A stretch of 64,000 nucleotides of DNA from positions 9,114,001 through 9,178,000 of the forward strand of contig NC_081333.1 in the NCBI RefSeq assembly GCF_022539665.2, read 5' to 3'. Shown piece by piece: positions 40,601 to 55,623 of this stretch (positions within the stretch are counted from its first letter, which is position 1; each line of letters begins with the position of its first letter). Source of the stretch: Daphnia carinata (lineage: Eukaryota). Position numbers and translations under genes: made by a program. The notes under the pieces are model-generated. The model was not told the DNA's origin. It saw nothing but the letters and a program-made list of their open reading frames with translations, and ran no database searches.

Positions 40601-40980
40601 GCACCCGAACGCCAGACAGTTACAGTAAAGATGGAATATTTATATAGACTACTAACTACTACGGCTGAAGCCCAACAAGAAGACAAATAAACAAAAAACA
40701 AAAAACAAAAACAGAAAAAAAAATATGTTAGGAAAAGATGCTGCAACGGGGCAGAAGTTTGTTATGTTTTTAAAAGGTGGGGATGCTCAAGTTGACGACC
40801 TGCTAATTATTCCTGCCACATTTATTTCCGTCTCGTTTTGAAAACGGCCCGAGTTCTTTTGTTGTCAGAATAAGGTGATGCGTGCGTTCCACAAATGTTT
40901 TCTGGAAAAAAAAAAAAAAAAAACTCACGCCACATAGTTTCTCCCTTTCAAGATATTTTGGATTTTTTTTTTTTCTTTTG

Positions 40981-41018
<38 letters not shown>

Positions 41019-42534
41019 TGCCCACCACCTATAGCATCGATGAATGACTGGGAAAAAAAAAAGGGGGGACTTTTTCTTCATGTTTTATGGCTCAGCACCT
41101 TTTAGCCATAGAGACTCGTCTTCATTCCATCGGACCAGAAAATTCTCTGGAAAGGAAGAAGACGAAGTGAAAAAAAAACAACAAAAAAAAACCCAAAAAT
41201 CATGACCACCATACGGCAGTCGCGTCAGGCGTACTAAAAAAAAAAAAAAAATGTGTAAAAATAAAAAAGGGGGGGAAAAAAGAGGATTCGATCAACAACA
41301 CAAAAATGCCCCAATTTGGAAGAAACCAATCAAGTAGTGAAAACCTTCGAAAAAAATAAAAAAATACGAATATTTTCAACCTCCCTTCCATTTGTCTCCT
41401 TACCTGTCCGTATCCCTCCTTATTCTGTTGTTTTACTATAAACAACAAGCGTATAAATTTAAATGAAAAAAAAAAAAAAAAAAATTGCTAACTTGATTTT
41501 TAAAAACTCGTTTCTCTCTCTTTTATTTTATTTTATTTTTTTTTAAATCCGGTATTTCCTCCTGCCTCGTTTTTAGGATAATGACCAAAACGGAAAAGAA
41601 AAGGGGGGGGGGGGGGGTCAGCAAACGCGTAGCCCGTGGGGCAGGTAACCACAAGAAAATTTAAAAAGAAAAATTCATTCAGTAGCCGTTTTGGAAGAAT
41701 ACAAATGTCACTCGAATTATGCACGCCATTTTTGCTCCAATTCTTTCCGAGTTTAAAAAAAATAAAAAATAAAATAAAATAAAATAAAATAAATAAAATC
41801 CACTACAATTTTCATTCGCCCAATTAGGGGGGAAGGGATGCCAGTCGCTAAATTTCAAAAAGGAGGGAAAATTCAAAATGAAAAAAAGCTACAACTAGAA
41901 AGTGAAGCCTCATATTTTTTTTGTTTTTGGATTTCTTGTGCCGCAAATGAGATTTGAACGAGATGTTAATCGACGAAACAGGACTGTCTCGTGTTACTCT
42001 ATAATTGAACTTCGTTGAGGGTCCCATGAAGAAAAGAAAAGAAAAAAAAAAGAGACCAAAAAAAAAAAAAAAATAAAGAAAAAAACATTTAGGACGCGAA
42101 ACCGACTTACTCCGAGGTGTGGAAACATGGGACAGTGTTCAACGACGATAAACTGACGGCCGCCTCGTCCTCGTCATCCACACCGTCGGCATCGGCGTGA
42201 TGAGCGTCGTCGTTACAACACGACGACGTCGATTTCGACGCGTCCGTCACCGTAGACCTGAGCGTCGTCAAATTCTTTTTGCGGCCATACAATTGTCTGT
42301 AATACTTCTGCTGATCGCCGTAGACCCAACAGACTTTCCACCACTGACGGTGCGCCAACAGGTGGGCCAGGGGTTTGTGCATCTGCAACAACGTCCCTCC
42401 GCCATTGCCGCCATCTTTCCTGTTACTCACACCGGAAGCGGACGCACCGTCTTCCGCTGGCGAAACGGCCGATACTTTGGCCACGGCGGCAGAGCTGCTG
42501 CTGCCCGCCAATCCGCCGTTGGCGCACTTTGCAT

Positions 42535-42566
<32 letters not shown>

Positions 42567-42571
42567 TCCAT
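22765..42571 (-). CDS. pk: Prickle (PET + three LIM domains + C-terminal CAAX), sple-like isoform, 10 coding exons, ~1218 aa
   Basis: Phase-consistent exons 42571-42111, 36271-35815, 27264-27010, 26807-26604, 26478-26280, 25476-25108, 24797-24133, 24032-23571, 23467-23251, 23132-22765. Motifs [48 protein letters not shown] (PET), [29 protein letters not shown] (LIM), [11 protein letters not shown] and terminal CIIS. Confidence 0.95.
42111..42571 (-). CDS. pk: Alternative N-terminal prickle exon, spiny-legs (sple)-like
   Basis: Encodes [28 protein letters not shown], similar to the [17 protein letters not shown] motif I recall from the Drosophila Sple isoform N-terminus. Donor GA|gtaagt (phase 2) joins exon 36271 in frame. 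Confidence 0.85.
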
Positions 42572-44124
42572 TTTGCCGATGACACTTTGTACAACCCAAA
42601 AACTCTAACCCCCCCACCCCACCCCACCCCGCAAAAAGCAAATGATTTTTGCCTTCCTTTCTTTTCTTTTTAGAATGCACTTGCACTTTGGTTGATTAGC
42701 CGATGAACGGAGGAACGTTCATCCGGCATCGTTACACACGTGAACACGCTATCCGAATGGAGCCGAAAGCAAAACAAGCGATAAGAATATCCGATAGAGC
42801 GAAACGATTATTATTATTTTTTTTTTTCGTTGGGTTTTTTTCAACACTTTTTTTTTTTGCTTCTATTGATTACAAACAACTTCGTTTTTTTTTTCTTTTT
42901 CTTTAAAGAGTGTGAATGAGTCAAAAATTTCAAGAAAAAAAAAAAAAATTTAATGTTGATGTAGCGGCGATGCTATCACCACGGCGGTTGCCTTTCGACT
43001 GAATATAGGCGCGTGTGTTTCTTCTTACCTTTCGTCAAGGTCCCTCCCACCTTCCTTTTTTTTTTTTTTTTTCTCTTTACCTCTCTCTCTCTCTCTCTCT
43101 CTCTTTCGATTCTACCTTTACCACCTCCACCTATCTTGTCTCTCTCTCTCTCTCTCTCGCTCTCTTCGATTTCCCCTATCTTTTTTAGATTCCCCTCGAG
43201 CAGAGCAGCAGCAAGAGTCTACTCTTTTCTTTTACCTGTCCTTCTTTTCGTTTTTTCTTTTTCGAGAGGAACTCGCACCTGAGCGTTTTTCAACTTGTTT
43301 CTTCCTTTCTCTTCTTCTTCCACTACTAGTGCTACCCAAAAAAAAAAAAAAACGAGGGGAAGAAGGAAAAAAAAAAAAAAAAAAATAATAAATAAATAAT
43401 AGTCGGCTCATTTCCGAAACTATTTCGAGAAAAAAGCTTTTACACGTCACACAACTCCCTTTTCTTTTTCTTCTTCTTTTCCTTGTTCTAAATTTCGGAG
43501 TCTATTTTTTTTTTTTTTCTTTCTTAATAAATCGATAGAATTTGTGCACCCGTTCAGCTGTGACAACAAACAGGAAAAAGAAAAATAAATAATATGAACG
43601 CAAAATAACGAGTTCTAATTGAAGAGATAGGACGACGGCACACGCTCACGCAGTCCAAATATCACCGTCCATCTTAGTCATTTTTTTTTCTCCATTTTTA
43701 CCCACTCGTTTCTCTTTTTTTTTTAATGAAATATGCTCGCGCGATTTCAAATTTTTTTTTTTTTTTTTTTGAAATTTCCTCGACAACAAACTCGTCCTCA
43801 GGCCATTTTTTTTTCTTCTTCTTTAGGTGGGCACACACACACACACACACACATAAGCCTGGACTTCAAAAAGTACTATAAGAAGGAGCTCCCGACCCGC
43901 CGGCCAGTTATTATTTTCCAGGGCTGTTCATTTTTTTTTTTTTCTTCTTCTTCTTTTCCTTCTCGTTTGAGTGTGTGTTCATATTCAAGGGCTTATATTT
44001 TGTTTTTCCTAGGTATATCTATCTAAAAAAATTTTTTTTTTTTTTTTGCTTTTGGTCGGTGTGTCTTGCATGATACACTATTACTTGTTGCCCCCCCCCC
44101 CTCCACCTTCTTTCCCACTCCCCC

Positions 44125-44162
<38 letters not shown>

Positions 44163-44288
44163 TTTTTTGGTACGAAATATCTAGGAAACGCCATAAGGCC
44201 ATCTCAGTGTTACCTAAGCACTATCATTTTTGGTTTTAAAGCCTCTGGTTTTTGGTTTGTATGCAAAGACCCCGACGGTGCAACTGGA

Positions 44289-44335
<47 letters not shown>

Positions 44336-45261
44336 AATTGATGAATCAAAATTGGCGTAGGCTCCCCCCCCCCCCCTTTTTTTTTTTGTCTTCCAATGAA
44401 CTTCTTGGGCTATTTCTCTGATTGTAAATGCGTTGAAACGAACAGAAGAGAAGATAAATTTCATTTTTATTTTTGAAATGGTTCGTTTGCGTCGGCATTT
44501 AAAGAAAAAACGAGAAGGGAAGCGTTCAGCAGCGGCGGCGCGTATAGTAAATATGTTACATATATATAAGATATAAAAATAAGACCCCCATTAAAGAACG
44601 AGAAAAAAAAAATGAAAATAAAAGAAAATAAAAAAAAGGGAAATAGAATGAAAAGAAGAAGAAAAAAAAAAATGCGTATGACGGAACTAATGAGCCGCGC
44701 GCCCGGTCGATTAATTACAGGTGGACGCTAAGGTTTCTTTATATTTTATGTTCTCTCTCTTTTCCATTGCATTCCCATCTGAAAAACAGAGTTTTTTTTT
44801 TTTTTTTTAATGCGTAATATTGTACGTAGGCAACCACTGTTATATCGTTTCTCTCTCTCTCTCTCTCCATTGAAATGTGATAAAATAAAAAATACCGCCG
44901 TCTTATTACCTTTTACATTTGAACCAGTGCGTATCTAATGCCTCCGACATCACCGATTCCCCCCCCTTAATCCCCCCCTCCTTCATTCTTACTACTATCT
45001 ATCCACCTGATAATTTTTTTTTTTTTTTACCTTCTCTCTTCTAAAAAAATGCCCTTCAGCTCAAGCGAAATGGTTATTCTCTCTCTCCATCCATCTCTCG
45101 CTCTCTCATCGTTCAAAAAACGAGCGCCAGAGAGAGAGAGAGAGGCAATTGGGCGTGGAAAATGTGAACCTCCCAGTTTTCTCTCTCTCCCATTTCCTAC
45201 AGATGAAAAAACCCCCACTTTATTTTTTCATGAAGTCAAAAAAAAAAAATCTTGATGAAGT

Positions 45262-45297
<36 letters not shown>

Positions 45298-48277
45298 TGA
45301 GGTAGAAGAAGAAGAAGAAAAATAAAAATGAAAAGGGATGAGCTTTAGAGCAGCTACGTCAAACCCATTGGGCGCCGAGAGCGTCTTCGTGACGTGTGTT
45401 ATTTGTTCCAGATAGGCAACATGGCCGTATCACAAAAGCAAACGACCTGCTGGATAACGAAAAAAAAAAGAAACCTGTTTTTTTCCCCTTTAAAATCCTT
45501 ACCCAAATGATTGAATATATACATCCAGAAAGAAAAAAAAGATAGGAGTGTTCTCTTTCGAGAGACGCAAAGAAAACGAGAACTCTTGTCAACTTTTAGA
45601 CGAGCGGTAAAAAGAAAGAAAACGACACGAGAAATGTAGAAAAAAAAAAGAAAAGAAAACACGGGGTCACCTGCTGTATCAGGTGACAATGCAGGACAGC
45701 TAGAGCAGCAGAGTATAAAGACGTTCAAAAAAAAGAAGAAAAAAGAAAAAAAAAAAAAAACATGTCGTTTGATTTCCTTGTTTGACGACCCTCTTCGTGC
45801 ATTAGTTATTCAGTTAACCTTATAACCTCTTATACCAGGAAATCAAGACTTGTTGTAGCCGTACAACGTTATTGATCGACCATATACGTAACACAACACA
45901 CACACAGACACACGCACACATTGAATAGACCACGAGCTTTAAAAGAGTCAGTTGGCCTTTGATGGATGAAAGCCGAAACGTGAGCCCCCCGACATCGTCA
46001 TCAACGAGAGACGGTCTCTTTTATAGAAAATTGTTCACTCTCCTTTCGACGACTATGGCAACGTCCCATTTGTGTGACTCCGTATTATGAAATGACACTA
46101 CAGCCTTTACGGGGGAGGGGGGGGGGGGGAGAGAATCGATGGATGGCTTGTGTTGCTAAAGCGAACGATAGAGTCATCACCATCGTGCGCGGCATGAATG
46201 GAAGAATGTGTGGCTGACAGTCATCGATGGCCACCAGTCGTCTTCCAAGAAATCCTTACAGCCTCACACGAAGACATTGAGATTCTCATTTTTTTTTTTT
46301 TTTTTTTTTCAAAGGACGCGCGAAAAAAATAAATAAAAAAAATAAGCCGCTTTTGTTACGTTTTTTTTCCCGTCAGCAACCGACGAATTCAATAAGGTAA
46401 AAAGAAGAAAAGAACGAAGGAACAAAATAAACAAGACAAAATCAAATATATATAAAAAAAAAAAATTCACACAAACACACACACACGTGTGGCATGGCAT
46501 TTCAAATGAGAAAAAAAATATCGTGATTTATCGTGAAAAGGCAACAATTGGACGCGGCTGAGATGAGGGGAAAAAAAAAAGAGAGAGGTGTCCGTATGGT
46601 GACGGATGTAACACACCGACCAAGAGAAAGAAAAAAAAAAATGAAATGAATATTTATGAAGAAAAAGATAAAATAAAAAAAAAAAAAATTCTTTTGTCGC
46701 TTCCATTCGTCGCGTTCAATCAATGCTGTACGAATTTTCGCGTTTAAATTATTCAAGCCAGCGAATAACACGGTGGTTTCCATTTGCTTTTTGGCGTAAA
46801 GCTTGTCACGATGAAGTTCGCTATCACGCTACCAAGCATTTTGCGTCAAAAGAAATTGGCTAGAGAAAGAAAGAAAGAAAGAAAAAAAAAAAAAAAAAAG
46901 TCCGATGTTTGAAAGTCGGTGCTTTGAAAATAATAATAATAAAAAAAAAAAAAACGTTCACGCTCGTTTACGCGCTTGTCGCTTTACTTAAACACAGACA
47001 TCAAGGCGAAACTCTTTTGGGTGGACACTGGACGAGCGTTTGTGTCGTTTATCCACCATCGAAAACAAAAGGACCAAAGTCAATGATGAAAATGGATTGT
47101 TCGTTTTTGTCCCTCTGATTCTCTCACCTCAACGATAAAGAAAAAAGAGGGGGGGGGGGGTGCTACGGGTCTCGTTTATTTATAAATATTAAAAAACATC
47201 TTTTTTTTTTTTTTTTTTTTTTTTTTTCGTCTTCTTCTCCTGTCAATTTATTATTGTTATAATCCTTACAAGGAGAAAAATGAATGAGGCGCCGCGGGGA
47301 TGGCGTTGCGACCAATCACGCTACGCAAACTGATCGTCACTGGCCGCGACTTCTCGCGTGCCATAAAAATAAATCAAAATTCAAAATGGGAAAGACGAAG
47401 AGAAAAAAAAAAACGAAATATCAAATAAAAATTGGAAATCGAATGATAACAAGTGTGAAAAGCGATGACCAATCGACAGAACGATCATCGATATGATCAA
47501 CACGTTGGGACAGGAATAAAAATAAAAAAAAAAATAAAAAAATTGGTTTCGAAAAGGATTTTTAAAAAAATGTTTTTCTCAAAAAAAAAAAAAAAAAAAA
47601 GCGAGAAATGTGTCGTTTTTTTTTTTTTTTTTTTTAGTGGGGAGATCCTCGCGCCCCGTAGCGTTTTCTGCGTGACACCATCGTTTTCTATTTATTTATT
47701 CTTTTCCCCCCACCCTCCACCCGTTAAAAAGAAAAATTTGTTTTTGAAAGCTTTTTTTTTTTTCGTGTCCTATTCGCTTTTTCCCCACCGATGGGCCTTT
47801 AATGCGCATTCTTTTTCCTTCCTTCACGCTCGGTTATACACGCCGCCGTCGCGCATCGTCTTCATTAGCCGCGTCCGACCGCGCGCTGACATGATCCCCT
47901 CCATCCCCCTTTTGCCAAGCTCCTTCAACGAATTTCTTTCATCACCTTTCTCACCTCCATCTCCATCTCTCTCTCGCTTTCTCATTTTTTTTTTTCCTCT
48001 CCGTTCATTTCTTAAATAGCCGAGGTTGCGCTGTGCACAGGACACACCAACGCACACACACAATTTTCTTAAAGCCAAAATAACAAAAAGAGAACGTGGT
48101 GTAACAGCACAAGTCCTTGAGCTGATTGTCAACCCCCATTTTTTTTTTTTTTTCCTTCTTTTTTTTTTCAACTATTATTTTTTTAATTCTTTCCTTTGGT
48201 TTCTTTTTTGGGGTGGGAAATCGCAAAACCAAAAAAAAAAAAAAAAAAAAAATAGAAGAGGAACGTACGACCACTTC

Positions 48278-48290
48278 CGCCATCTAGCGG
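48278..48290. promoter_or_regulatory. Candidate CTCF insulator motif CGCCATCTAGCGG
   Basis: Close match to the arthropod CTCF core consensus. Motif only; no binding data. Confidence 0.5.
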
Positions 48291-49552
48291 TGGAAATGCA
48301 AGCTGCTGCCAAGAGACTTTTGGCGAAACAGGTTTCGTCAAAATGGCAGGGGTGAGAAACGTGACACGCGCAATCACGATAAAGGATGCAACATTAACAT
48401 ATTTCTTAATTTTCCGTTTGCTTCCCATCAGATTGTCCGATGATGGAGAATGGAGTCTAGTTCAAAAAGAAGGCGATTGGAAGTGTGGCGACGTTTGCCA
48501 GGAGACAACAACACAACGAACGTCAGCAAGATTGAAAAATGCTGATTCTGTCAAGATTCATATTCTAACTTCCCTTCCCAACCCCCATCCCTGCCATCTC
48601 TTTTGTTATGTCTAGCGCATGTTTGCCCTTGCGCCGAGAGCCATTTTGATTTATTTCACTCAAAACAAAATATAGATCGAAACCCATCCTTTCAAAGACC
48701 TGCCCCCGCTTCTGCGTATTCAAATGAAAAAAATAAAATAAAATAAAAACGTGGGGGTACGATTGATTTTAGCGGAGACGTACCAACGAAAATCATTTCA
48801 AGAATAAAATAAAAAAGCAAAAACTCAGTACTGTCGATTTTGATTGAAACACGGGATCGGCCAATCGGAAGCGGAAGCAAAGGCCGCACCGGAGTAGGGC
48901 GTTGGGTAGGAAAAAAAAAAAAAAAAAAAAAAAAAAAGACTATGAGGGTGTGTACGTAATGTGATGAATTATTCAAAAAGAGCAACTATAGGGGAAGAAA
49001 AAAAAAAAAAAAAAAGAGGTGGGAAAGATTGCGTCTAGCGTCTGAAAAGAGATATCCAACGCTCGGCTGGATTTCTGGATAACATCCAAATAGAATCGAC
49101 CCCAAACGCGAATAAAAAATAAGAAAAAAAAAAAAAAAAAAAGAAAACAGGGAGGGAAATTTTATTTCGTCTTCAACCCGATGTGATGAAAAAGAGAATA
49201 GAGATCGGGCATGCACACAGAACTCCAGGAAGACGAAGACGAAGACGAATAAAAAATAAATAAACAACAAAAGACTCAAAAGACAAGTTCTCTATCCCAC
49301 CCTCCCCCACCTCCCGTTTCTACCATCGCTGGATGGAAAAATAAGAGCAGACTCGATGACGTCAAATCAGAAGACGTTGATGACAACAAAGACAAAAGCG
49401 GGAATGAGGGAAAATTAAATGGGATTGGAACCCGTTGTTTGATTAGAGTAGCGTGACGAAGAATTCAATGAACGCCCCGTTCCAGATCGCTAACTGAATT
49501 TTTCTTTTCTTTTTTTTCCAGACTTTTAGAAATAGAAGAAGAAAACCAAAAC

Positions 49553-49587
<35 letters not shown>

Positions 49588-49661
49588 ATTGTTGTTACGT
49601 TCTCTTCATCAACTATTCAGGTCTCTTTTGGGTTGTCTAACTGCATTGTTTCCAAAATTTC

Positions 49662-49705
<44 letters not shown>

Positions 49706-50237
49706 ATGTCATCTTTATTCCCGTCTAGTTTATTAGATCCGTCAAGACGACTGCGTCTAGAGCGACGGGACGTTGCGACTAGTAGAGACAAACAAGCTGG
49801 CAAAAGTGCAGAGTTTCAACTTCATTAGTCAAGCGCGCAGTGGATGGATACAAGTCCCTTTTACACGCACACTGCTCCTCCATTCGCCGTGCAACAACAA
49901 ACGGCGCATGGTTATATGCAAAAGTTATAATAGCAGTTAAGACCGAGATGTATACCGAACAAACACAGCCATCACCCTCCCCTTCCTCCCCAACTGTCTC
50001 GTTTCCCCCTTCCGTGGATTCGAGGCTGCAGAGTTGAGTTGCGCAGGCACTTTTGCTAATTGATTTATCATCGGCTACAACGCGCACGCATAACTCACGC
50101 GGTCGCTGTAGTTTGTCGTCTACGCAGACGGCAGGCCTCGTTTTTCATATCGCATGATGTTCATATTCAACTCGCACATCAAGTTTGTTCTGGCTCAAAA
50201 TGAAATATTTTCACAGCAAATTCAAACGCACACAAGG

Positions 50238-50281
<44 letters not shown>

Positions 50282-50865
50282 GGATGATGTCATCGCATTT
50301 CTAAATCATTAAGCTTTTGTTTCGTAATTTCCTGGTTCTTAAAAAATATTCTGGCAAATGCTCGCAGGGGGGCATATGTCGTGACGATAACTCACAGTGG
50401 CTAAAAACTGTTTGATACGTAATTTCTCTCCTCCAATGTAAAAAGAAAAAAACAAAACATAACATAATGACAGCCGCGGTATAAGAGAAATGTTTCTTTT
50501 TCCCATCTGCCTTCCCCCCTTGTTCTAACGGACGAGCTGCAATCGCCGGTTAGATGAGTCCTTTCTTTCTTTTTTGTTTTTCTCTTCGCAGAGACCGTTG
50601 GGTTATTGTAAGTTACGTTATATTTATGAATGACTGAATATCGAGAGAAAGATGGAGGGAGGGAGGGGGGAGGAGGAGGAGAGAGGAGGAGGAGAGAGGA
50701 GAGAGGAGAAAAGAAACGAACGAATGTATAAATCGTGACCGGACCTCAGACGATGACGGACGCCGCCAGAGGCTCAAGTGGAAATAAACATAAAGCCATC
50801 ATCGTCGGTGCTATGACATCATATAAAAAAAAAAAAAAAAAAAAAAAACATATGGGAGAGAGAGC

Positions 50866-50896
<31 letters not shown>

Positions 50897-53179
50897 GGGG
50901 AGATTTTTTGAAAAAATTTCATTCTTTTTCCTTTCCCTTTGTATATAAAAAAAAATAATAATAAACCAATACGATTGCAAAATTGTTTGACAGACCAACA
51001 AATTGACAAATACCAAGAAATCAAAATCCCGCTTGTTTTTTATGTACACGAAAAAATCCAGAACGAATCAAATCTCTCTTCTTTTTTTTTATCATTGATC
51101 AATCGATCGTTAAAAGTTTTAAACGTCAAGATTTTTTTTTTTTTTTTTTGTTTTTTTACGACATATCATTCCAATATATCCGGGCCAATTACAACGCTTT
51201 TCAAACTTTCTTGAAGCGACAAAAAGAAAAAAAAAGAAACATCAAATAAAATTATAAAAAAATCAAGATAATATTCGGCTGTGTTTGGAAAACGACGATG
51301 CGGGTATAGAATCGTCACTACTCAAATCGATAAGGGCCCCCGCGAATCGAAAAAACAATAGGGCGTCTCAATCAAAACGTAACGAGATGGGGATAAGAGA
51401 CAATGATTAAGAGATGGCGCGATTCGCTGTTTCCTACATCCACAATGGTGTGACAAGAACAAATAAGGGTACCACGTATAACAGCGTCCTAATTTGTCCA
51501 AGTTAATAGCCAACCGTGTCGTCGCCATTCGCTCTCCCCCCCCACCACTTTGGAGCGAATGCGACGAACGGACAAAAAAAAAAAAAAAAAAAAAAGAGAG
51601 AGAGAGAAGAGGCCAATTGATCAGAAAGAGCTAGGAGGAAATAAAACATAACAAACTCCTAGAAAGGACACGAAAATAAAACGGACGGGATACACTTAAG
51701 GGAGTCTCAGCGCCAATGTGTGACACTCACTCCCGCGGGATCGTGTCGGACGTCAACAGCCAATTGCTTATGCACTCGTAGACGTTAGACTGCCGACGAC
51801 GAGTCTATAATAAGAAGCCAAACATTTTGGAATGGAATAAGAAAAGAAGACGAGCCAAAAAGAAATGCTCATTCTTTCAAGTCAACGGCATCGTTTGGTC
51901 TTTTGTCAATTGAAAAATCGCCTCGTCAAAATTTAAAACGAAAAAGACGGGAGGAAAAAAGAAGTCGGTTGGTTACGCCATCTTGTGTTGCCTATCTCAA
52001 CAACAAAAGAAACGAGAGGAAAAAAAAAAAAAAAAAAAAAAAAAAGGAGGTACTCCTTTACGATAACATTTCGAATTCATCAACGTCAAGAAAAATGCCA
52101 AATTTGAAAATTCGGAAAATGTCGTTTCGATTCACGAGATGGACGTGTTCCCATTTCTTAGAAATCTTGCCAAATGGCTCGTTGCGCTCTTTTTGCAACG
52201 ACGGCGAATACGAAAACAAACACGTCTACACGCATTCCCCATTTGGAAAATGGATCCGAAAAATAAAAATAGCGAGAATTTTCTTTTGTTTTTTTCTTGT
52301 ACACGGGAATTGCACGATAACGATGAAAAAAAAAAAAAAAAAAAATGTTTCCTTCAAAACAAAACAAAACAAAACAAAACAAAAAAAAAAAACGATGGAA
52401 AGATACAGACAGACGCTGAAGCGAATAGACCAAGACATCCCCCAAGTGCGTATCGAATCTCTTTCGGAAAAACAAAAACGAAAAAAGGAAAAGTCGGAAG
52501 TCACTGAAAAGTGCAGCGCTGGCCGAAAACAGCTCGAGCGAAACTCGTTTGTCACGCACCAACGACTTGGAACACACACGCACACACACACAGGAGCAGA
52601 GAAGAGGAACGCCAGTTCAGAAAATAAAAACCACATACGCCCGCAACACACGAACACAAGAATAACTGAGAAAAAAAAAATAAAGAAAAAATAAAGTATT
52701 TGTGGAATGCAAAGTTTGCAGCAGTTGGAAGAGAAGATTCAAAACTATTCGAATATGATCGTCAATGGATAGGATCAAGACCTCGGCACCGAGAATTCCG
52801 CCAACAGAAATTCAATTAATTTCACGTCAACTCCTCAAAAAAAAAAAAAAGGGGGGGGGGGGGCCACCAACTTCATTTTGTTTTCTGCTATCAAAAAGGA
52901 CAACGCAAAGAAAACAAAAATTGTTTGTGGCAAAAGCCAAATGCTGCTCTCAAAAAACGGGAGAAAAATAAATACCTTAATGCAATCGGTCCTAGAGGAG
53001 GACGTGAGACGATCCATCAGTTGGAATCGTCGCTCAAGAAAAAAAAAAAAAAAAAAAGCTCAGCCACCCTCCCCCCCCCCCCCGTTGGGTGATGCCATTC
53101 GTTGAAACACATTCAGTGAAGCGATTCTCCCGAGAAATATCACGAAAATAAAAAGTAAACACAAAAAAGATCCTTCCAT

Positions 53180-53211
<32 letters not shown>

Positions 53212-55030
53212 GTGTGAGCCGAGTTCCAGTTCGATGTCTAATACATTTCCTTCTGCTACGATTTCCGACAACGAAAATAGCTTCCGTTCCATCGCACTAC
53301 ACTTTCTTTGAAAATCGACAAAACACAGTAATAGATAAACACCCATTTTTCCTTTTTCTTCTTCGCTTCGTAATCGACATAATAGACTAATCTAATGCGA
53401 CTATCCAAACAATTTCTCTCTGCCTTTTTATTATCTTTTTTTGTTTTCTAGACTTGTGTCTGAGACCGATCCCGAAAGAAAAAAAAAAAAAAAAAGAAGG
53501 AAGTTGTATGGTATAAATCATCCGGGCGGAACGAGTCCATCAGCCTTAGCAACGTGTTCAGTCATCATTTCAGCCGCGCTATACACACAACTGCTGCGAT
53601 GATGGCCAACCGACCGATCTACGACGCATTAACGACAGGAATTTGTTTTCCTTTTTTTTTTTTTCTTTTTTTTTTTTTCTTTACATCGAAACCTAATTCG
53701 AAACATGTCATCAAAGTCTTTGGCTGTAAATATCGAGCAGATATAGGTAGTCAATAAAAGAAAAAGAAAAAAGGAAAAACAATTTTTGACACAAAAGTTG
53801 AAAGAAAAAAAAAGAAAAGAATAAATCAATCAGAAAACAGGTTTTAGTCTATTCGGTCAGACGCAATAAAAAAAATTGGGTACAAGAGGAAGTTGAAAAA
53901 AAAAAGAAAAAAAAAAGAAAGAAATGCTGCATGCCGACCGTTTGAGCGGTGGAACTTGTCCATACCAATTGTCGGCATCCGGAGTAATATCAAAAGAAAC
54001 GGGCAAACATGTCCGGCAAGCCGATCGAACGAGTTGACTTGTTCGATGGGAAAAAGGGGAAGAAAAAAAAAAAAAAAGGCAGACGGGACGGAATAATAGG
54101 GTCCCCCTCTCCCCCCCCCCCCCCCCCCGTGCAAAACATATTAGGAGGAGGTGGATCGGAAAGAAGATGGGGGACTCTCTCTCGATAATCATCAGAAATC
54201 TTTTTATTTTATTTTTTTTTTCTTCTTCCATTGACAGAGGGACACGCATTGACTGGTATATGAACAGCAGCAACGTTTTGGCATGCGGCCATTTCTCTTG
54301 CAAACTCCTTCAATCTCAATCCACCATCCGAAACGTCTTTCTGCTCATCCAAAAGTCGACATCCATTGCTGATGCAATCGGATCGATTGTCGCCCACTCC
54401 ACTCGTAGTCCATTTCTCTATCGATATTGCATTTTTTTTTTCTTCTTCTTCTTCTTCTTCTTTCCGTGGGCGCACTACTCTTCAATCATCTTTCTTTACG
54501 CGGAAATCGATAGCGCAATAAAAAGAAGAAGAAAAAAAATAAACCCCTTCATCCAACAAAGTTTTCTCCTTTCAGTTTACTATCTACTAAATGCATTCCT
54601 TAAAGTTTGGTGAACCCATCTGCCGTTAGATGGCAGCAGTTAAATTCTTTTTCTTTTTTCCTTTTTTATTTCTTTTAAATTTCCCATTTTTTAAAATGCA
54701 TTTTCCTGTCTAGCGAAAAATTGTCTGATCAGCTCAATTCGTTTTCGTTTGACTGCGCGGTACTAAACAGAGTCGAAAAACGCCATCATTAAAAAGCTCT
54801 TATTTTTGTTTGAAACTTCAAATAAAAAAAGCTAGAAAAAGAAAATTATGATCAACGCAAAAAAGAGGAACGTCGAAACAAAACAACGTTAGTTAAAAGA
54901 GAGAAAGAAAAAAAAAAAAAAAAAGAAAAACCACGCGTGCGCTCGCAGAACGGTTTTGATCTTTTTTCTTTCTCGGTCGCTCAGTTACCAGACCTTTAAG
55001 ACACAAAAGAAGGTTCGAGGAGATCGAGGG

Positions 55031-55066
<36 letters not shown>

Positions 55067-55559
55067 GTGGGTGGTGGAATAGAGAAACAACAAACCGGAA
55101 AGTGACGACGACGTTGGTTGGCCGCGGGTTTTGGATTACTACCGTGACGCGGTCATCATCCCGAGCCACCGTCCTCATCTTCTTTACTTCTTTTATTTTT
55201 TAAATCTATTGTAGTCGGTGACGATGATCGCAGATGTGCGCAGAGAAACGGGAAAAGAAAAAAAAAAGAGGAACGCCTTAGCAAAGTCCTACGAAGAATG
55301 TTGCGTTTGTGTGAAATTGGGCAAGGAGATGATGCAGGAAGAATAGAAATAAAAAAAAAACGGACCAACCAGAAACTCAGTGGCTTTTTGTGGCTGTCAA
55401 ATGATGGATGACCAAAAGAAAAGGGAATCGTCTGGTCTACGAGTACGACATTGGAACGTGTGTATCACCGAAATGTTGTTGGATGACGATCAAGTTGGAA
55501 GCCGACCGAAAACAACCTTCAACGGGTTCTTCTTGCTCTTAACGAGATAGTAGTGCGTA

Positions 55560-55561
55560 TG

Positions 55562-55603
<42 letters not shown>

Positions 55604-55623
55604 CATATATATATATATATATA
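55560..55623. repeat. (TA)n microsatellite, representative of many (CA)n, (GA)n and poly(A/T/G/C) tracts in the prickle introns
   Basis: An interrupted TA run is directly visible. Confidence 0.9.
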
